This document shows positions 25,580-35,449 of a DNA stretch of 64,000 bases, one piece after another. Where the stretch lies: the NCBI GenBank assembly GCA_030390025.1, contig CM059431.1, positions 153,948,001 through 154,012,000 on the forward strand, in the 5' to 3' direction. The number at the start of each line of letters is the position of its first letter. Position 1 is the stretch's first letter. The notes beneath the pieces were generated by a model. The model had not been told where the DNA came from and did no database searches. It saw only the letters and a program-made list of their open reading frames with translations. The DNA is from Squalus acanthias (taxonomy: Eukaryota). A program made the translations under genes and the position numbers.

Positions 25580-28309
25580 TTAAACTCTGTACATACGCCG
25601 CCCGTCTCTGGACGGACAGGCTAAATCCTGTATGGCCTCTGTCTTGCAGCTTCTGTGCAGCCTGTACACCTGGGCGTAAGTTGGCCTGTACCGCAGGACC
25701 TTGAGAGTCCTTCTTAAAACAACTGAGGGTTTCCCTGAATCCCTGATAATCCGGGGAGTGTCCCCTCCTGTGCTACAGCACTCCGCCCCATTTGGTGTGG
25801 CTGCTGAGGCACTGTCCTGTCCTGTGGGTTCCTCGCAGCCTGTGGCCGCTGCCTGGGGATCCCTTTTCTTGGAATTACCCCTGACTTTGGCTATTCTCTT
25901 TCGGGTCGCAGCCCTTGCTGGGCTGAACCATTGAAGCTCTGGAGTCCACGATAGTTTTGGCTGTGGTGTGCGAGGAGACCGTCTTAGGACTCCCGCTACC
26001 GAGGGTGCGTCCGAGTCCCACATAATTGGTGGCGTGGCCCCTCCGGTGCGGTCTGTGAGTCTGCCACAGCTGCTTGCTGAGGATCTCTACCTTTAGGGCG
26101 TATCGCCTTTGCTGGCTGTTCCCCTTTCGGTTTAAACAGCTTACACTGGTTCATGTGGAATCACTTTGTCCGGCGGGGCATCGTTATGGCGTAGACCATG
26201 GGGCCTGACTTGTCGACAACGCTGTACAGCCCCATGTATAGTGGTTCCAAACTCTCTACCCGGGCAAAATTCCTAACCATGACCTGATCCCCTATCTCTC
26301 ACTCGTGGTGCTTGCGGGGTTCTAGCAGCAGTCGGTTACTCCGATGCTGTTTTCCCATGTTGCTAGCAGCCTGCCAGTGAACCTGTTTAAGGTTTTCAAA
26401 CAGATTCCTGACGAAGCTGTACCGGTTCACCTCACTGAGCTGAACCTCCCTGAGCACCGGGGCTAGCACATGGGTGGGGGTCCGCATAATCCTGCCAGTC
26501 ATTAGCTGGTGTGGGGAATACCCCGTACTTTTTGACTGGCTAGCTCGGATCCCCATTAGGACCAACGGTAAAACTTCTACCCTCTTCTTGGGCGAGTCTC
26601 CCATTTCCTTCAGTCGCCTTTCCTTAATGGTATGGTTTAACAACTCCACAGGACCCGATCACTGCGGGTTGTGGGCGATGTGCCATTTCCCTTCGATGCC
26701 GAGTACCGTGAGGGTCTTCTGCATGACCTGCCCGGTAAAATGACACCCATGGTCGATCTCCACAAACAGCGGTAGTCCCCATCGTGAGACAACTTCCCTG
26801 ATCAGAATCCTAGCCGTACGCAATGCGGTAGCAGTACGGCAAGGGAACGCTTCCACCCACTTAGAGAACACATAGACAAGGACTAGTTAGTAATTAAAGC
26901 CTCCCTGGGCGGTGGGTAGGGGCCTGATGTAATCTACCTAGATCGACAGCCATGGTCCTTCGACCCTCCTGATGAGTCCCATAGATACCTTCCTTTTCTG
27001 GGGGTCTGGGATGTTAGCAGCACATACCAAACAGCCGGCACAGAACAAGCAGACTTCTTCCCTCAGTCCTGGCTACCATCCTGTCTGTTCCACCCGTTGC
27101 CAGGTGGTCTCAGTTCCGGGATGCCCCGCTCCTGGACCCTCATGGGCCAATTGAAGGAATTCCCTTCTAAGCGGCACCACCCACTGCTCCCCCCTGAACA
27201 GCATGCCTTTCTTAACGGTGATGGCTGCTCTGCCGTACGGGCCCTTTATCTTTTTCCCCTTTTTCAAGGGCGTTCAGGACGGCCTTGAGGAGGGTATCCT
27301 GGGCTTGGGCCTGTTTTAAGTCCGGGGCCAAGGCTACCCCTTAGGTGCCTCCCTTTCTCCGGATTGCGGCTACTGGACCAATTTGCTACGGATCGCAGAA
27401 CACTCCATCCCTGGCCCCCTGTTTGGCCAGCTCGTCTGCCTTACAGTTACTCTCCCAACTGGGCTCTGTCTTTGAATGGGCCTTGACCTTATGGTTATAG
27501 ACCTTCCCTTCCTCCCCCACAGCCGCATGATTTTCTCCAACAGGGGCTTTATGGTGAGGGGTCTCCCATCAGCGGAGTTATTTCCGCGACGGGACCAGAT
27601 GGCCAGGTACTCCGTACACGAATTGCATGTGAACATGCTGTCCGAGCAAATAGTGTATGGTGTAGGGAACTTCTCGGGGTGTGTAACCACGTACACTACC
27701 GCGGACAGTTCAGCCTGCTGGGCGCTCATGGTGCTGGGGAGTTTAATTGCCAGGGCAATGCCTGCCTCCTGGTCATAAACTCCACACCCGGTGAGTTGCT
27801 TGCCAGAAGATACTGTGCTCGAACGGTCCACATAGATTTCGCGGCCTGTGGGGTGTATCCCGGCCCGAAAACCAATATGACTTCCCATACCCCTTCAATG
27901 GAACACCGGTGGGCTGTCCCTGGGTAGATCATTTTGTCCGCGAGCTAAGACTCGCAGAGACCTTTCACCCTTAGGTCCATCTTGGAGAGAAGCAGGGTCC
28001 AGCGAGCAATACGGGCACTGCTCACTGTCCCGTCTTCGATTCTCCCATCTAGGAGCATCTGGGTGGTCGTGTGATTGGTGAGCAGGGTGATCGGAGATGT
28101 GCCTGTGAGGATCAGTGATCTTTTCACAGCCCAGTGAGAGGCGAAGAGGTGCCACTCACAGTTGGAATAGCCCTTCTCCACATCGGTGAGTATCCTGGAG
28201 GAGTAAACCACCGGTCTCAGCCGGTCGTGCCTCTATTGGAGCAGCACGGCACTCAGACTGTCCCCGCTGGCTGCCACTTCCAGGAAAAGCTTACTCTCCC
28301 CATCAATAG
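25580..28309 (-). pseudogene. pol: ERV pol 3' part: tether, RNase H, integrase and C-terminal extension
   Basis: VYSSRILTDVEKGYS (tether); IYVD..SAQQAEL..ICSDS (RNase H); H..GH..CLVC, FSKWVEAFP, IDHGCHFTG and GPVE (integrase). Confidence 0.9.
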
Positions 28310-28696
28310 GTGCAGAACATTCTGGAGGGGGAGGGGGAACAGCCAGTTGTCGTGATACATGTTGGTACCAACGACGTAGCTAAAAAAAGGGAAGAGGTCC
28401 TACAAGTAGAATTTAGGGAGTTAGGAGCCAAGCTAAAAAGTAGGACCTCGAAGGTAGTAATCTCTGGATTACTACCAGTGCCACGTGCTAGTAAGAGTAC
28501 AGAGAACAGGATAGTTAGGCTAAATACGTGGCTTGAGCATTGGTGTAAGAGGGAGGGTTTTAAATTTTTGAGGCATTGGAACCAGTTTTGTGGTAGGTGT
28601 GACCTATACAAAAGGGACGGTCAACACCTGTGCAAAGATGGAACTGATGTTCTCGGGGTAATTTTTGATAAAGCAGTTCGGGAGCATTTAAACTAG
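28310..28696 (+). CDS. CR1 ORF1 C-terminal SGNH/esterase-like domain (5'-truncated)
   Basis: VVIHVGTND, VVISGLLPVP and DGQHL motifs; open to TAG. Confidence 0.85.
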   Translation: MQNILEGEGEQPVVVIHVGTNDVAKKREEVLQVEFRELGAKLKSRTSKVVISGLLPVPRASKSTENRIVRLNTWLEHWCKREGFKFLRHWNQFCGRCDLYKRDGQHLCKDGTDVLGVIFDKAVREHLN

Positions 28697-31638
28697 TATG
28701 GCAGGGGGCTAGAAACCTATGTAGTGAAATAGAGGAAAGTGAAAGGCAGACAGAAATAAATGGTAAAAGGGTGAGGAACAAAAAACAAAGGGCCAAACTA
28801 ATTCATAAAAAATGTGAGCATAAAAAAAGCCTGAGGGTTTTATACCTTAATGCGAGAAGCATCAGGAACAAGGTAGATGAATTAGCTGTGGAAATAGAGG
28901 TTAATAATTATGATCTAATTGGGATTACGGAAACATGGTTGCAGGGTGAGCAGGGCTGGGAGCTTAACATACAGGGGTATTCAGTATTTAGGAAGGATCG
29001 ACAAAAAAGAAAGGGAGGAGGGGTAGCATTGCTGGTAAAAGAAGGGATAAATGCAATTGAAAGGAAGGATATTAACTCAGTTAATACAGAATCTATATGG
29101 GTGGAGCTAAGAAATAGCGAGGGGCGAAAAACATTAATAGGAGTGGTATATAGGCCTCCAAATAGTAAAATAGAGGTTGGGGAGGGCATCACGAGGGAAA
29201 TTAGAGAAGCGTGCAATAAGAGCACAGCTGTCATCATAGGTGACTTTAACTTACATATAGATTGGAATAGCCTAATCAGTAAAAATAATGAGGAGGAGGA
29301 ATTCCTTGAGTGTTTAAGGGATGGTTATCTGGATCAATATGTCGAGGAACCAACTCGGGAACAGGCTATATTGGACTGGGTACTGTGCAATGAGAAGGGA
29401 CTAATTAGTAATCTTGTTGTACGGGGACCCTTGGGTCAGAGCGATCATAACATGATCGATTTCTCACTCGAAATGGAGAGCGAAGAAATTGACTCAGATA
29501 CTAAGGTCCTGAATTTAAACAAGGGGAATTATGATGCCATTAGACGGGAACTGAGTAGGTCTGATTGGACAACGTTCCTGGGAGGACTGGAGGTAGATAA
29601 ACAATGGCAAGCATTGAAAGATAGAATGACAAAATTGCAAAAATTGTTTATACCAATCTGGCATAAAAGGAAATCTAAAAAGGTGACTCAACCGTGGATA
29701 ACAGGGGAAATTAGAGACAGCATAAAATCCAAAGATAGGGCGTATAAAATAGCCAAAAAAAGCGCCAGAGCGGAAGATTGGGAACAGTTTAAGATAGAGC
29801 AAAGGAGGACAAAGGGCTTAATCAAGAGGGGCAAAATAGCTTACGAAAGCAAGCTGGCGGAAAATATAAAAACTAACTCCAAAAGCTTTTATAAGTATAT
29901 CAAGAGGAAAAGACTGGTGAAAACCAAAGTTGGCCCATTGCAGTCAGATACGGGGGAATATATAACGGGAAATAAGGAAATGGCAGACCAACTAAATGCA
30001 TACTTTGGGTCAGTCTTTACGAAGGAAGACACAAAAAACCTCCCTGGGATATCGGGAAAAATAGGGACATTTGCAAAGGAGGAACTGACGCAAATCAATA
30101 TCTCTAAGGATATGGTGTTAAGGAAGCTAAAGGGATTGAAGGCGGACAAATCCCCAGGGCCTGATAACATGCATCCTAGGGTGCTGAAGGAGGTGGCCCT
30201 AGAGATAGCGGATGCACTAAGTATGATTTTTCAGAATTCATTAGACTCGGGAACAGTGCCCATGGATTGGAGGGTAGCTAACGTTACCCCACTATTCAAA
30301 AAGGGGGGTAGGGAAAAAGCAGGTAATTACAGACCTGTAAGCCTTACATCAGTTGTGGGCAAAATGCTGGAGTCCATCATTAAGGATGAAATAGCGGAGC
30401 ACTTAGCAAATGGGGACAGGATAGGACAGAGTCAACATGGATTTACAAAGGGTAAATCGTGCTTGACTAATCTATTGGAATTTTTTGAGGGAGTAACTGG
30501 TAAAATAGATGAGGGAGAGCCAGTAGATGTGGTGTACCTGGACTTCCAAAAGGCCTTCGATAAGGTCCCACATAAAAGATTAGCAGGGAAAATTGAAGCT
30601 CATGGGATAAAGGGGAAAGTATTGACGTGGATAGAGAACTGGCTGTCAGATAGAAAACAGAGAGTTGGAATAAACGGCTCATTTTCTGAATGGGAGGCAG
30701 TAACAAGTGGGGTAGCGCAGGGATCTGTCCTGGGTCCCCAGCTGTTCACAATTTACATTAATGACCTGGATCAGGGAGTCGGATGCAGCATTTCCAAATT
30801 TGCAGACGACACTAAACTCGGAGGGGGGGTGGGCTCAGAGGAGGAGACCAGGAAGCTCCAGAGCGATTTGGACAGACTGGGTGATTGGGCGGATAAATGG
30901 CAGATGCACTATAATGTGGACAAGTGCGAAGTTATCCACCTTGGGTGCAGGAACGGGAGGGCAAATTATTATTTAAATGGCAATAAATTGGGAGAGGGGG
31001 AAGTACAGAGAGACCTGGGTGTTCTTGTACACCAGTCACTGAAGGCGAGCATGCAGGTGCAACAGGCGGTCAAGAAGGCAAACGGTATGCTGGCCTTCAT
31101 AGCAAAAGGGTTGGAATACAGGAACAGGGATACCTTGCTGCAGCTGTACAGGGCACTGGTGAGACCACACCTCGAGTACTGTGTACAGTTTTGGTCGCCT
31201 CATCTGAGGAAAGATGTTCTTGCCATGGAGGGGGTGCAGCGGCGATTCACCAGGCTGATACCAGGAATGGCGGGATTGACCTATGAGGAGAGACTATGTA
31301 GTTTAGGGATGTACACACTGGAGTTTAGAAGATTGAGAGGGGACCTCATAGAAGTGTATAAAATTCTGACAGGTCTAGACAGACTAGATGCAGAAGGAAT
31401 GTTTCCCTTGGCGGGTGAGAACAGAACTAGAGGACATAATTTAAGGATAAGGGCTAAACCATTTAGGACAGAAATGAGGGGGAATTTCTTCACTCAGAGG
31501 GTGGTGAACCTGTGGAACTCATTGCCACAGAGGGCAGTGTACGCCAGCTCATTAAATATATTTAAGAGGGAATTAGATATATTTCTACAGGCAAAAGGGG
31601 TTAAGGGTTACGGAGAGAAGGCGGGGACGGGATACTGA
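28672..31638 (+). CDS. Intact CR1 ORF2: APE endonuclease plus reverse transcriptase
   Basis: Frame is open from 28672 (track: 955 aa from GTG 28771). Motifs YLNARS, GITETW, YRPP, GDFN, SDH, QHGF, FADD and RGH. First in-frame ATG is at 29452. Confidence 0.95.
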   Translation, partial: SSSGAFKLVWQGARNLCSEIEESERQTEINGKRVRNKKQRAKLIHKKCEHKKSLRVLYLNARSIRNKVDELAVEIEVNNYDLIGITETWLQGEQGWELNIQGYSVFRKDRQKRKGGGVALLVKEGINAIERKDINSVNTESIWVELRNSEGRKTLIGVVYRPPNSKIEVGEGITREIREACNKSTAVIIGDFNLHIDWNSLISKNNEEEEFLECLRDGYLDQYVEEPTREQAILDWVLCNEKGLISNLVVRGPLGQSDHNMIDFSLEMESEEIDSDTKVLNLNKGNYDAIRRELSRSDWTTFLGGLEVDKQWQALKDRMTKLQKLFIPIWHKRKSKKVTQPWITGEIRDSIKSKDRAYKIAKKSARAEDWEQFKIEQRRTKGLIKRGKIAYESKLAENIKTNSKSFYKYIKRKRLVKTKVGPLQSDTGEYITGNKEMADQLNAYFGSVFTKEDTKNLPGISGKIGTFAKEELTQINISKDMVLRKLKGLKADKSPGPDNMHPRVLKEVALEIADALSMIFQNSLDSGTVPMDWRVANVTPLFKKGGREKAGNYRPVSLTSVVGKMLESIIKDEIAEHLANGDRIGQSQHGFTKGKSCLTNLLEFFEGVTGKIDEGEPVDVVYLDFQKAFDKVPHKRLAGKIEAHGIKGKVLTWIENWLSDRKQRVGINGSFSEWEAVTSGVAQGSVLGPQLFTIYINDLDQGVGCSISKFADDTKLGGGVGSEEETRKLQSDLDRLGDWADKWQMHYNVDKCEVIHLGCRNGRANYYLNGNKLGEGEVQRDLGVLVHQSLKASMQVQQAVKKANGMLAFIAKGLEYRNRDTLLQLYRALVRPHLEYCVQFWSPHLRKDVLAMEGVQRRFTRLIPGMAGLTYEERLCSLGMYTLEFRRLRGDLIEVYKILTGLDRLDAEGMFPLAGENRTRGHNLRIRAKPFRTEMRGNFFTQRVVNLWNSLPQRAVYASSLNIFKRELDIFLQAKGVKGYGEKAGTGY

Positions 31639-31735
31639 ATTGGAGGATCAGCCATGATCTCATTAAATGGCGGAGCAGTCTCGAAGGGCCAGATGGCCTA
31701 CTCCTGCTCCTATCTTCTATGTATCTATGTAATAG

Positions 31736-33209
31736 CCCCTGGAGCCGGTGCGGTCTGCAGATCTTTCTTTAACTTGAGAAAGGCTGCCTCGCAACCCTCG
31801 TCCAAGGCCCACTCTACACCCTGTGCAGGAGTCAGAGCAGAGGGGCTGCGGTGTCTGCATAATCCTCAATAAAATCTCTGCAGTACCTGGTTAGCCCTAA
31901 AAAGGATCTCACTCCTGTGACTGTGTTGGGGGCTGGTAACTCTGCACTGCTTCCCTCCTAGCTTTGTCGATGGCCCTTTCCCCAGCGTGCATAGTTAGCC
32001 CTAGGAATTTTACTTCCAGTTGACCGATCTGTAACTTTTTGGGGTTTACCTTGAAGCCTTCTTGCCGGAGCAGCTCCAGCAGTTCAGCCAGTAGTGGACC
32101 GTATTCCGCTCCCTCATCGGTAAACAGGAGTAGGTCATCCACATACTGTATCAACTGCCGGGGCCGGCTGAAGCCATTCAAACAATTCGCCATGCATTGG
32201 TGAAAAATGCTAGGGCACTTGTGGAAGCCCTGAGGTTGGCAGTTCCAGGTGTACTGTTGTCCTTTAAAAGTGAAGGCGAACTTGTACTGGTCCTCTCTTC
32301 GTAAAGGGATTGAAAAAGCCCGTTGGAAATGTCCAGCACTGTGAAAGTGGTCGCAGATGCTGGGATACTTCCGATGAGGTCGGCGACGGCTGCTACCGTG
32401 GGTGCACAGGCGGGGATGTTACGTTTGAGTACCCGATAGTCCACTGTGGCCTTCCAGGAGTTGTCCGGTTTTCTAACCGGCCACAGTGGAGAGTTTACGT
32501 GGGTGGCTATCGATCTCAATATCCCCTGTGTTACTAAAGAAGCCATGGCCTTTTCCATGTCGGCTTCTGCCTCCCTGGGGAAATTGTATTGCTTCTGTGG
32601 TTGGGTCATGGGGTCCCCGCTGACAATAACCTCGACCCCGTTTACCCTCCCATAATCGTGCTTGTGATTGGCAAATGCTGCGAGGATTACTCGCACAAAT
32701 GCCTGGTATGCCATCGTAGTGTTACTGACCATTCGTTCGAGTTCGTAACCTTCCTTTGGTTTCAGGGTGCAAAAGTTCCCCTTGCCCTGTTTCCCTGGGA
32801 TGACTGCCACTTCACTTTCTCTGCCGGTACATGCTCCCCACAGACAGTGGTTCCTAAGATCCACTAGAATCCTATGGCCTGTGATAAAGTTGTCCACCAG
32901 GATCCCCGTCCCTTCCCGTTCCCAGTTCATCAAGACACAGGTCCACTTGGTGTGGAGTGCTCCTAAATGAATAGACAGCGGGATGGCGAACGAGCCAGCC
33001 TGCTCGTTACCTGTAAACCCCACTAAACTGTACGGGGCCCCATTAGACAGAGGTGAGGCGGCGGAGTTCGCTGAATAGACTATGGTGCTGAAAGTTCCAG
33101 TATCTAACAGATAAGTGACTTTCATCTTCTCCACTTCCATCTTAACGAGTGGTCTCTTCCATGCGTCGTACTACAAGAGACACAGGTGGACAGGCTGCGC
33201 TGGTTCCAG
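31736..33209 (-). pseudogene. pol: ERV pol 5' part: aspartic protease and reverse transcriptase
   Basis: LLDTG; QKQY..NSPLWPVRKPDNSWKATVDYR; FTVLDISNG; QYVDDLLL. Confidence 0.92.
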
Positions 33210-35389
33210 TCATGAGTCTGAGTTGGGGGGTGGGGGCAATGGGGCTAAAGCACCAGTGGCGGTGGCAACTTTCCCCGGGCCGTTGACTAGAGCTCGGATT
33301 ACGGCCATGACCGAGTCTAGCGTGGGGGAAGTGGTCGGTGCTTCGCTGCTTGGGGCAGGAGCTGGGGAGTTCTTCCCTACGTTATACTTCCACGGATTCC
33401 TACAGTCTTTTCTCCAATGCTAAATCTTCTCGCAACCGAAGCAGTTACGATTCGTGTCGGAAGCTTCCTGGTGCCACTCTTTCCTGTTACTAGGCCTTAT
33501 TAGGGCAACACTGTGGCATAGTGGTTAGTACTGGTGCCTCATAGCGCCAGGGACCCGGGTTCGAATCTTGACCTCGGGTGACTGTCTGTGTGGAGTTTGC
33601 ACATTCTCCCCGTGTCTGCGTGGGTTTCCTCCGGGTGCTCCGGTTTCCTCCCACAGTCCAAAAATGTGCGGGTTAGGTTGATTTGGCTATGATAAATTGA
33701 CCCTTAGTTTTACGGGGGGATTAAATATGTGGGGTTGTGGGGATAGGATGGGATATGTTAGGGGGAATTAAATACGTGGGGTTACGGGGGTAGGGTGGGA
33801 TATGTGTACTGTGGGGATTAAAGCAGGGACATGGTACTGGATTTGGATGATCAGCCAATATCGTATTGAATGGTGGAGCAGGCTCGATGGGCCGAATGGC
33901 CTACTCCTGCTCCTAGATTCTATGTTTCTATGTTTATTTCGTGGATCTTTCCCTCAGGTGGGTGCTCTTCTGTTCCTCTACCATTCCGGTAAGCCAGGGC
34001 CAGTGGTCTGACCACTGTCTCCTCGGTGACCCGGGGGTCGTTCGGGTCAAACCACAGCTCAGATTGGCCCTGAACTGTGGCAAGCTGTTTGCCACTCGGC
34101 TTCGGAGCCAGTGGGCCAGCTCATTCTGATTCAGGTGAGCCCGGTCGAGAACCCCATTACAGGCTCTCCTGTACACAGGCCACAGTCGGTCTGTGAATGC
34201 CTGTGGGGTCTCCCCTACTAGCGGGGTTGTCTTCTCCACCCAGGAGAAGGGACAACCATCATTAATTCCCATGGCCTCCAGAACTTCCTCCCGGATAGCA
34301 GCGTATCCACCCTGCCCTCTTTTACACTCTGCAGAGAGGGACTGGTAGATTTTCCTATCTAGGGAGAACAGGAGCATTTTTGCCAGCACGGCATCATCGC
34401 AGACTTTGATACCCGCTGCCTGTTCCACTTCCATGAAGTGGACTGAGGGGTCTCCTTTTTGGGTGAGCTTGCCCAGGTTTTTTTATCATAGACTTAAGCT
34501 GTTGGGTGCCATGCGGAGCCACGAATTGGATTTCAAGGGGTCCTTGACTCCCACCACGACCGGGCGTGCCAAACATTTGCTGCCGGACCGGGCACATCGG
34601 CCCCGGCTCCGACGTTTACTGCATTGGTTCGCCCTCCCCTCCCTGCTGCCAAATCGAGTCAAAACCCGGCGCCACAGGTGGTGGTGTACACTCCCTGCCA
34701 GCCTCACAAATCGTCCGTCCCTCCTGCTGCCAAACCGGGTCGTTCCCCGGCGCCACAGGTGGCGTCCGAACAGTTTGCCTTTGCATTTCCAGTTCCACCC
34801 GGTCCGCACCCGGGCTTAGTCGGCATACCACGCCTTTCGCCCTGGACAGACCAAGGATCAAGCTCTCGATTTGTTTCTGGCAGGGACCGTCATCTCCCGC
34901 CTCATATCCCCTCGTGTTTGCTATCTTGTAAGCGGCCTGGACGCCTCTCAACCTCTCCTCCTTCTCTCTTACTTGTTTGGCCAGGCGAGTGTTCTCTTCC
35001 CGCAACAACAGTTCACTGGTTTTAGCTTCGGTGACCTGACACTGAAAATATTCCTGCCTGTCTCCGTGTGTTTCCACTAGCTGCATTTTTTCCTGATTTC
35101 GGATGGTTAACTCATTCAGTAATGTTTCCCCTGCTAGGGCCCTTGCTTGAGACAGCTGAGCAGACACCTGCAGTTCTGCCTTAAGTGCCTCAACACGTTT
35201 GTCTAACAGATGGATCTGTCGCTGGGAGCAGGTCAACCAGATGGCCTTTTCCACAGATTTCTTGTCGTCCTTGCTCTAAGTCCATTTAGCTGCAGCGTCT
35301 ATTGGACGCTCAGCACGCAACAGACTGAGTAACCATTTCTTGGTTATGTTCACTTTCTCGAACACATAAGAGGAAATTCTCACTTCCAT
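33210..35389 (-). pseudogene. gag: ERV gag: coiled coil, Pro-rich repeats, capsid-like region, CCHC knuckle
   Basis: AAGATGG start at 35389 is in frame with ORF 35254-34616; capsid-like GETPQAFTDRL; CFGCEKI*HWRKDC at ~33400-33445; TGA at 33212-33210. Confidence 0.82.
33502..33933 (+). mobile_element. Full-length V-SINE (HE1-like) with CR1 tail, inserted in gag
   Basis: A/B boxes, V-domain, duplicated G-rich unit and CR1 3'UTR; TTATT duplicated at 33497-33501 and 33934-33938. Confidence 0.92.
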
Positions 35390-35449
35390 CTTGGTTCTCT
35401 CCTCAAAAACAGTGTCCACTGCATCACATCCCTTTTGCCAAGGTCCTGC

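Larger units (their letters stand above)
28310..31730 (+). mobile_element. Young 5'-truncated CR1 inserted in ERV pol
   Basis: AATAG duplicated at 28305-28309 and 31731-31735; ERV pol sequence is contiguous across the insertion. Confidence 0.95.
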
